Positions 24,729 through 30,950 of a stretch of 64,000 bases of DNA are shown here, one piece after another. The first letter of the stretch is position 1. Each line of letters opens with the position of its first letter. The notes beneath the pieces were generated by a model. That model did no database searches. It was not told the origin of the DNA and saw only the letters and a program-made list of their open reading frames with translations. Source of the stretch: Candidatus Saccharimonadota bacterium (lineage in GTDB: Bacteria; Patescibacteriota; Saccharimonadia; Saccharimonadales; AWTP1-31); assembly GCA_003962975.1 (NCBI GenBank), contig RXKC01000006.1:9788-73787 (forward strand), written 5' to 3'. Both the position numbers and the translations under genes were made by a program.

Positions 24729-24968
24729 ATGACCAAGAACGAAGCTCAGTATATCGGTGTGGTACTCGAGGAGATTCGAGACCAAAACAAAATTGTCCTT
24801 GAAGCAGTTGGAGATCTGCAAACAACAGTCCGTAAGCTTGATCATATGGAGACAGACCTGAAAGCAATCAAGTCTGACATAAAGGCTATAAAAGCTGCCG
24901 TAACTGATACCAGTAAACAAGTTCAGAATCACGAACGGCGCATTACTAAGCTTGAACACGCACGCTAG
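24729..24968 (+). CDS. Small coiled-coil protein
   Basis: 79 aa with heptad-like repeats (LKAIKSDIKAIKAAV). ATG lies 6 nt after TACAAT (24717-24722). Confidence 0.5.
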   Translation: MTKNEAQYIGVVLEEIRDQNKIVLEAVGDLQTTVRKLDHMETDLKAIKSDIKAIKAAVTDTSKQVQNHERRITKLEHAR

Positions 24969-24987
24969 TTTTGATTTAAACTTGGAA

Positions 24988-26469
24988 CTATTTTGTGCTG
25001 ATGCCCAGTATCACGGTATTGGCGTCACCTTCGAATATTAGACTCGTTTCCTTGTCGGCTATAGTGAAGCTGCTGAGAGTAAAGTCCATTGATCCTGCGT
25101 CTGCAGTCGCTACAAAGATTTGATCCTTACCCACAAAAGGTACAGCCCACACCGGCTTGTCACCAGTAAAAGCTTTCTCCGCACTACCGGCTTTTACAGT
25201 AAACAAATCATTGCCCTCGGCGTAGTACGGGGTGTTCGTCCCAGCCACAAAGCCCATATAAAAGCTGCGGTATTTATCTGTACCATTGGCATTTTTCTCG
25301 CCTTTGCTGCCGATTGTCGCGAGTACGCTGGATTTTTTAGCGGCGATGTCTACCAGTGTGACCTTATACGGAGCTGCAACATAATAACCCCACAGGTTGT
25401 CAACGGGGGTATTTTTATCTACCGTATTCTCTACATAGATAAATTGGGTCAGATCATCCGAAACATCAAAGAGACCACCAACTTTTTGCAAATCTGCATC
25501 AGACAGAATGTCATTGGACTTGCCGGACTTTAGGTCACGAACTTTAAGCTTCGTCATTGTGCCATCACACTGGAAGCAACCTTCTCGGTAAACAGCCTGC
25601 TGCTTTTTATCATTCCAACCGATCATAAAAATTGCAGCTTCTTCTGCAGAAAAAAGTTGCTTTGTGTCTTTGCCTTCTAGGTTAACCGAGATCGCCTTGC
25701 CTTTACTATCCGAAGACTGGTCGAGCGTTGCAATTGCAATACGAGTACCATCGCGAGATAGTTGGGCGCTGGTAATGTCTTCGCCCGAAGCGACATCATA
25801 CACTTTGGTGTACTTCTGGCCGCCGTCGGTGCTGACATAGACGCTCTTGTCTGCTGTGAACGCGACTGTTTTTCCAACTACGCCAGCTGAGAGAGGCTCT
25901 GCGTCTCGCGGCAGAGTCAAGGCTTCTTTGCGCTCACCGCCAAGTGCTGGTCGAGAGTATATGGTGTACGGATCTGTATTGTTTGCCCGAAACGCGTACG
26001 CCACTGATTCGGGCTCGTAAGTTAATGTTTGCTGTTGCTGAGAGGTAGGTTTGTTTTCTTGCCCATTACCTACAGCTTGTTTGTCGCGGAGCACAAAATA
26101 CCAAACTGCTACTGCAGCCCCGGCAAGTAGGACAATAATGAGCAGGCTAACCCAGAGTTTTTTGTGACCTTTCTTGGTATCGGCTGTTACAGACTTTGGA
26201 TGGATAGGAGCCTGGTCGTCTGTTTCGTCCTCCATATTTTTTGAGGCAGAACGAAGCAATGCCTCTTCGCGGCTCATGCGCGGAGCTGGCGTACGCGAGA
26301 CTGGAACTGGGTCTAGTGCCGCTTCCGCATCATCCACTTCACTTACTTCGGGCTCTTCTGTATCGGTTACTTCTGAATGCAGGTCAGCTTCTGATACATC
26401 ATCTGGTTCGTTTGCTGCGCTTTTAGAACCTGGGAGTTCAGGGGCGGTGGGGATTTCTTCTTTGGCCAT
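24988..26469 (-). CDS. Membrane-anchored protein with an acidic N-terminus and beta-propeller-like (TolB-like) ectodomain
   Basis: 493 aa. TM WVSLLIIVLLAGAAVAVWYFVL, followed by repeated beta-strand-rich sequence. Confidence 0.6.
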   Translation of the reverse strand: MAKEEIPTAPELPGSKSAANEPDDVSEADLHSEVTDTEEPEVSEVDDAEAALDPVPVSRTPAPRMSREEALLRSASKNMEDETDDQAPIHPKSVTADTKKGHKKLWVSLLIIVLLAGAAVAVWYFVLRDKQAVGNGQENKPTSQQQQTLTYEPESVAYAFRANNTDPYTIYSRPALGGERKEALTLPRDAEPLSAGVVGKTVAFTADKSVYVSTDGGQKYTKVYDVASGEDITSAQLSRDGTRIAIATLDQSSDSKGKAISVNLEGKDTKQLFSAEEAAIFMIGWNDKKQQAVYREGCFQCDGTMTKLKVRDLKSGKSNDILSDADLQKVGGLFDVSDDLTQFIYVENTVDKNTPVDNLWGYYVAAPYKVTLVDIAAKKSSVLATIGSKGEKNANGTDKYRSFYMGFVAGTNTPYYAEGNDLFTVKAGSAEKAFTGDKPVWAVPFVGKDQIFVATADAGSMDFTLSSFTIADKETSLIFEGDANTVILGISTK

Positions 26470-26565
26470 ACGAGATATCCTTTAGACTTATGCTTAAAAG
26501 TATGGGCTGACTAAAAGCGATTTGCAAGCTTTACAGATGAGAATAAGCTATAATAGCTGTCACGC

Positions 26566-26642
26566 GCCCTGGTAGCTCAGCTGGATAGAGCAGGAGACTT
26601 CTAAGCTCAAGGTCGTAGGTTCGAATCCTACCCGGGGCGCCA
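26566..26642 (+). tRNA. tRNA-Arg (anticodon UCU), CCA encoded; anticodon stem unusually weak
   Basis: Acceptor GCCCTGG/CCGGGGC, D-arm GCTC/GAGC, loop CTTCTAA, T-arm GTAGG-TTCGAAT-CCTAC. The anticodon stem GGAGA/GCTCA has only 3 Watson-Crick pairs. Confidence 0.7.
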
Positions 26643-26663
26643 ATATAATTCAGAAAACGAGAT

Positions 26664-26921
26664 ATGACCGTAAAAACTGCACTAGCGATGATGGAAGGCT
26701 GCGAAGTCGGCGTTAACATTCGGCGCGCCGAAGAGCTGCTCAGCCCTACCGATCCAGCATCAACACGACAAATTGTTGCCGAAGCCGCTGGCTATGTAGT
26801 CACCTGCGCTACCTGTTTGGGTGAACCACACAAATTAGAAGGCGACTTTGCCTGCCCGTTAACCGAAGATCCAGTTACCGAACAATTAGTCCGCGATGCT
26901 ATTGATTTAGGAACAGGCTAG
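26664..26921 (+). CDS. Hypothetical small Cys-containing protein
   Basis: 85-aa ORF with TCATC and ACP cysteines. No family recognised. Confidence 0.4.
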   Translation: MTVKTALAMMEGCEVGVNIRRAEELLSPTDPASTRQIVAEAAGYVVTCATCLGEPHKLEGDFACPLTEDPVTEQLVRDAIDLGTG

Positions 26922-26937
26922 CCCTGCGGAAATAGCC

Positions 26938-27318
26938 ATGCCCGCACATTTCCCTGTTGAAACAGATAGAATCCTCGAATCTGTTGAACAATATCGACAA
27001 CTTGCTGATATTGGCGGCGCCGTTCGGCACGCACCATACTATGACCATGATGGCGTAATTCGTGTCGGGCTTTGGGCGAGCGACATAACACCACGCATGC
27101 TGTTTCGACTTGCCGCTACACAACTGGATGATAGCGTTGACCTTACACTGCAAACCCACGACGGTAGGCCAGTTGGCTTACCGGTATATGCCGAGGATGA
27201 AGATCCGGTTGCCCCTGGCAAGATACTAGAAGGAGGCAGTCACGAAAAGCTTGTCATTGTCGTTGATCTTGCGTCTGCAACAATGCAGTTATTTGGACAG
27301 ACAGATGATCAGCGATAG
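26938..27318 (+). CDS. Hypothetical protein
   Basis: 126-aa ORF. No family recognised. Confidence 0.4.
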   Translation: MPAHFPVETDRILESVEQYRQLADIGGAVRHAPYYDHDGVIRVGLWASDITPRMLFRLAATQLDDSVDLTLQTHDGRPVGLPVYAEDEDPVAPGKILEGGSHEKLVIVVDLASATMQLFGQTDDQR

Positions 27319-27515
27319 CCCATGCCAGTTGGACATTCAGAACTAGTCCCAACGCTTGCCAGAAGAATCCGCGTAGGCATTGCTAAAACCTACAATATAT
27401 ACGAAGCAGGTGAGCCAGACATCCTACCCGTGTTAAGCACAGTTCCGGTTGACCTAGTCTAGGCAGTAGAAGCGGTTGTAAATATAGTCATTAACAGATA
27501 TAATAGCGGCGATGT

Positions 27516-27593
27516 GGTGCCTGTAGCTCAGTTGGTTAGAGCGTCGGGTTGTGGTTCCGAAGGCCGTGGGTTCGAGCCCCATCAGGCACCCCA
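27516..27593 (+). tRNA. tRNA-His (anticodon GUG) with genome-encoded G-1 and CCA
   Basis: G-1 pairs with discriminator C. Acceptor GTGCCTG/CAGGCAC, anticodon stem TCGGG/TCCGA, loop TTGTGGT, T-arm GTGGG-TTCGAGC-CCCAT. Confidence 0.9.
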
Positions 27594-27633
27594 GATAATT
27601 GACAAATATAGGCAATTGCAGTATCGTTACATA

Positions 27634-27749
27634 GTTATGGTTTTAAGTTATAGCATTACAAAGAAGTCAAAGCCAAGCCCCATGGGCCTTGTTTTGCTGT
27701 AACAAAATTTTTACCACGCAAACACAACGGCCCTCCGGGGCCGTTTTTT
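27634..27749 (+). ncRNA. Candidate ~115-nt leader RNA or sRNA bounded by a promoter and an intrinsic terminator
   Basis: TTGACA (27599-27604), 17-nt spacer, TATCGT (27622-27627) upstream. Internal hairpin around AAGCCCCATGGGCCTT. Terminator at 27728-27749. No class recognised. Confidence 0.3.
27728..27749 (+). terminator. Intrinsic terminator CGGCCC-TCCG-GGGCCG + T6
   Basis: A 6-bp GC stem (plus an A-T closing pair) followed by TTTTTT at 27744-27749. Confidence 0.75.
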
Positions 27750-27803
27750 ATTAGCCAAAAACACACAAAATTTTACATAAATAATATATAAGGAAATACC
27801 TAA

Positions 27804-28895
27804 ATGAGTGATCAGTTTAATTCAAGTGCCGGTGAACCCGGCGTAAATGAGCGAAGTTATGAGCGCTGGTATGAAAATGCCCAAAGCTTCGGCGACGACC
27901 CAGATGCTGTGCAAGAAAATTTTGCCCTTCGCCTGCAAGAAGCCGATGACCGTGACCTAAGCAGAACGGTAGTTCGGCAAATCGTAAGCCCAGCCGTCTT
28001 GTCGGAGCTCCAAACCAGTGAGTTTCAAGATGATATTGAAGTGGTGGTGCCAATGTCTTTGTTTACAACTGCAGAGGGTCAGCGACATAGCGGCTTGCTA
28101 CTATACCTCGCGCGCAACCGAGCTGACCGCCCTGCTCTGACGAGCGACAGTGACATTATTGCAGCCAGCGACAACCCAGACCAGTGGAGCGGCAGAGGCA
28201 TGCAGACCGCCCTTACTCTTCCCGAAAGAGCCAGCTCGATTCGAGAAAATGGTGGCGTATTCGACACTGCCTTTGAACGGAGCGAAATAGATGAAATTGT
28301 CGATGAACTATGGGGGCCAACCTTTGATTGGACAGAAGAAGACGCCATTAACTTTCGGCATGCTCTGGAGCGTCAAACCCAACTTCCACCAGAGCAACGC
28401 AGTCTGTGGTTTTCAGCCATTCGCATGGGTGGCAGCATTGTCAGCCTCGCCACGGCCGAACGTATAACAATGCAAAGTGGCACTGGCCCCATCGAGATGG
28501 TCGAGTCAACCGAGTGGTTGGTGCGTAACGCACCCGAGCTGCGCGGACAACACTTGATGTCTACCAACCTGGCCGTGCTGAATGCTTTGGTTGCCACTGA
28601 CCAAGCTACCGGTCCCCATGGCGTACCGCTGGTGTTCGCCGAATGCAACTTTAGCACCCGATCTGACCTAGCCGGGCGGGCGGCAGGCTTTCGCATTGCG
28701 CATAGGAACGCAGGCGGATTACCTGCACCGCAGGTAATCCGACAAAACGTTGCTGTCGGTGACGACATAACCACTGGACGAGAGAATAATCTGCGCGACT
28801 TTAACTTTACTTATATTTGCCGAGGCACCTACAACAACTTGTACGGCAACGGCCGCGCTCGTGCAATTCTGCAGGCTACTGGACTGGGAGGTTAG
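27804..28895 (+). CDS. Hypothetical soluble protein co-transcribed with the deacetylase
   Basis: 363 aa. AAGGAA sits 9 nt upstream of the ATG. No family recognised; the C-terminal half is vaguely acyltransferase-fold-like (weak impression only). Confidence 0.55.
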   Translation: MSDQFNSSAGEPGVNERSYERWYENAQSFGDDPDAVQENFALRLQEADDRDLSRTVVRQIVSPAVLSELQTSEFQDDIEVVVPMSLFTTAEGQRHSGLLLYLARNRADRPALTSDSDIIAASDNPDQWSGRGMQTALTLPERASSIRENGGVFDTAFERSEIDEIVDELWGPTFDWTEEDAINFRHALERQTQLPPEQRSLWFSAIRMGGSIVSLATAERITMQSGTGPIEMVESTEWLVRNAPELRGQHLMSTNLAVLNALVATDQATGPHGVPLVFAECNFSTRSDLAGRAAGFRIAHRNAGGLPAPQVIRQNVAVGDDITTGRENNLRDFNFTYICRGTYNNLYGNGRARAILQATGLGG

Positions 28896-28897
28896 TA

Positions 28898-29848
28898 ATG
28901 CGCGTATTCTACTCACCGCTACATACTCAACATAATCCGGCGCAAGAAGTATATGACGGCGTACCCGCTCCGTATGCTGAAGTGCCGGGTCGTGTAGAAG
29001 CCGTTGCCGACCGGCTTCGCACCGATAATATTGAGCTCGAGACTCCAAGCCAGTTTGGCCTCGAGCCGATTCAAACTGTTCACCAACAGCAATATATTGA
29101 TTTTGTCCGCACTCGCTCCGAACAACTAGCGGCAGATGACATTCTCTTTCCTTCGTATTTTATGAACGATACCTATGCGCCACTTACGCGGGGTACGTAC
29201 TCGGCCGCGCTAGGCGCCGTCGACACTGCACTGTCTGGCGCGCAAGCAATTGTTGGCGGTAAACGAGTTGCATACAGCTTGTGTCGTCCACCCGGACACC
29301 ACGCTGGTTACAATCGAATGGGTGGATACTGCTACTTTAATAACGCCGCAATTGCTGCAGAATATTTAGCAGCCAGAGGTCGTGTAGCTATTTTGGATAT
29401 TGATTATCATCACGGTAATGGAACGCAGGAAATGTTTTATGATCGAGACGACGTGTTATATGTTTCGCTGCATGCTGACCCTGGTGTTGCCTACCCATAT
29501 GCTAGTGGTTTTGCCGCAGAGGTTGGAAGGGGTAAAGGCCAAGGATTTACTCGTAACTTTCCATTGCCAAAAGCCACCACGGGCGACGAATATATTGAAA
29601 CCTTGCAAGCTGCACTGGGCGTCATTGCCAAGTTTCAGCCAGATTTTCTGCTTGTATCGGTTGGTTTTGACACACACCAAGCTGATCCAATTGCCGGACT
29701 GGCACTGCGTCAAGAAGACTACCACGACATTGCCGAACATATTGTAGCCGCGGAGCTACCAACACTACTCATACAAGAAGGCGGCTACAATGTAGAACTT
29801 TTACCAGAGCTAGCCAGCACTTTTTTGCAGCCCTTCAGGAAACTTTAA
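28898..29848 (+). CDS. Histone-deacetylase-family enzyme (acetylpolyamine amidohydrolase-like)
   Basis: CRPPGHHAG, GGYCYFNNAAIAA, ILDIDYHHGNGTQEMFY, VSVGFDTH. GGGAGG sits 6 nt upstream of ATG 28898. The ORF-track start 28817 is rejected. Confidence 0.85.
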   Translation: MRVFYSPLHTQHNPAQEVYDGVPAPYAEVPGRVEAVADRLRTDNIELETPSQFGLEPIQTVHQQQYIDFVRTRSEQLAADDILFPSYFMNDTYAPLTRGTYSAALGAVDTALSGAQAIVGGKRVAYSLCRPPGHHAGYNRMGGYCYFNNAAIAAEYLAARGRVAILDIDYHHGNGTQEMFYDRDDVLYVSLHADPGVAYPYASGFAAEVGRGKGQGFTRNFPLPKATTGDEYIETLQAALGVIAKFQPDFLLVSVGFDTHQADPIAGLALRQEDYHDIAEHIVAAELPTLLIQEGGYNVELLPELASTFLQPFRKL

Positions 29849-29982
29849 AGTAGCCTCGCTACTATGGTGTTGTTGTCAGGAAAAACTGCAACGCGTCGTA
29901 GCCGACAGACACACCTCATACAGAACGCCAGGCGTTCGGTGTACGGAAAGCGACAAACAACAACTTAACAAGGAGACATCAT

Positions 29983-30507
29983 TTGCATAAACGACTAAAA
30001 CAGTCGTTGCTGGTTGGTGGCGCTGTTGCCACCGTTGGGCTTGCAGGGCTGGGTAGCGTAGGGCTTGCCAGTGCAGCCACCGCCAGCAAAGACCCGCAAG
30101 CTGGCCTCATCGACACTTTGGTCAGTAAATTTAATCTAAATCGTGACGAAGTTCAGAAAGTTTTCGACGCCGAACACCAAGCACGCCAGGCTGAACGTGA
30201 AGCAGAACAAGCTGAGCGCCTAAAAACCTTAGTAACCGATGGCAAGCTGACGCAGACACAAGCAGACAAAATCACCGCTAAGGCTAAGGAGCTACAAACC
30301 GAACGTGAAGCTAATCGTGACACCATGAAAGATAAAACGAACGAAGAGCGTAAAGCTGCAATGGAAGCTGCCCGTGACGAGATCGAACAATGGTTAAGCG
30401 ACAACGATATTCCAGAAGAGTACGGTCGCCTCGTATTCGGCGGTGGGCATGGTCGAGGTCCGGGAGGACCTGGCGGTCCACCCCCTAAAAAATCAAGCGA
30501 AGAATAG
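29983..30507 (+). CDS. Secreted coiled-coil protein with a Gly/Pro-rich tail
   Basis: TTG start 7 nt after AAGGAG. Signal peptide LLVGGAVATVGLAGLGSVGLASA. Glu/Arg/Ala-rich helices. Confidence 0.6.
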   Translation: MHKRLKQSLLVGGAVATVGLAGLGSVGLASAATASKDPQAGLIDTLVSKFNLNRDEVQKVFDAEHQARQAEREAEQAERLKTLVTDGKLTQTQADKITAKAKELQTEREANRDTMKDKTNEERKAAMEAARDEIEQWLSDNDIPEEYGRLVFGGGHGRGPGGPGGPPPKKSSEE

Positions 30508-30530
30508 AAGGAGGATACATGAGTAAACTA

Positions 30531-30559
30531 CCGCCGGGGAAACCCGGCGGTTTCTTTTT
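30531..30559 (+). terminator. Intrinsic terminator CCGCCGGG-GAAA-CCCGGCGG + TTTCTTTTT
   Basis: Perfect 8-bp GC stem with a GAAA loop and a T-rich tail. Confidence 0.85.
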
Positions 30560-30651
30560 AGCAGCAAAGCACTCCTATTCGAAGTTATCTAGTCTATATG
30601 ACCAAGGTCAACTAGCGTGTACTAGACATGCAAACATAAGTGAGGGTAATT

Positions 30652-30903
30652 ATGAGTTTAATCGATACAATCAAAGGTTTATTTAGCCATGGCGCATCAA
30701 TTGCCGATGCTAACGGCGACGGTAATGTTAACCTAGCAGATGCCGGTGACGCAGCACAAAACATCAAGGATGCTGTCGCCGGTGCTGCCGACGTCAATGG
30801 TGATGGTAGCATCAACCCTGCTGATGCAACCGAAGCTGCGCAAAACGTGCAAGACACCGCTACTGGTGCAGTCGACAAACTCAAAGACCAGCTTCCCCAG
30901 TAG
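30652..30903 (+). CDS. Small protein with two EF-hand/dockerin-like Ca-binding loops
   Basis: DANGDGNVNLAD and DVNGDGSINPAD both fit the 12-residue EF loop (D-x-N-x-D-G-x-[VI]-x-x-x-D). Internal duplication, no signal peptide. GAGGG sits 5 nt upstream of the ATG. Confidence 0.6.
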   Translation: MSLIDTIKGLFSHGASIADANGDGNVNLADAGDAAQNIKDAVAGAADVNGDGSINPADATEAAQNVQDTATGAVDKLKDQLPQ

Positions 30904-30950
30904 ATCTTAGCTGCCCGTAACTGTTATACTATGACCTGAAAGAGAGGTTG

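Noticed and set aside
26531-26719. ORFs 26531..26719 (-) and 27514..27702 (+) overlap the tRNA loci.
   Set aside because: Each spans a well-folded tRNA gene (Arg-UCU and His-GUG respectively). The translations are artefacts of the tRNA sequence.
28817-28897. Upstream-extended ORF-track starts (28817 for the deacetylase, and similarly 906, 35082, 30640, 23188, 14374, 19482 and 18101).
   Set aside because: An internal ATG with an appropriately spaced SD or -10 box gives a product starting at the conserved N-terminus. The extensions overlap upstream genes or encode implausible peptides.
30519-30692. A 57-aa ORF with a strong GAAGGAGG SD 4 nt upstream of ATG 30519, between the coiled-coil gene and the EF-hand gene.
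   Set aside because: It reads straight through the perfect terminator hairpin (30531-30559), and its peptide partly reflects the palindromic GC stem. It has no recognisable features. It is probably fortuitous but cannot be fully excluded.
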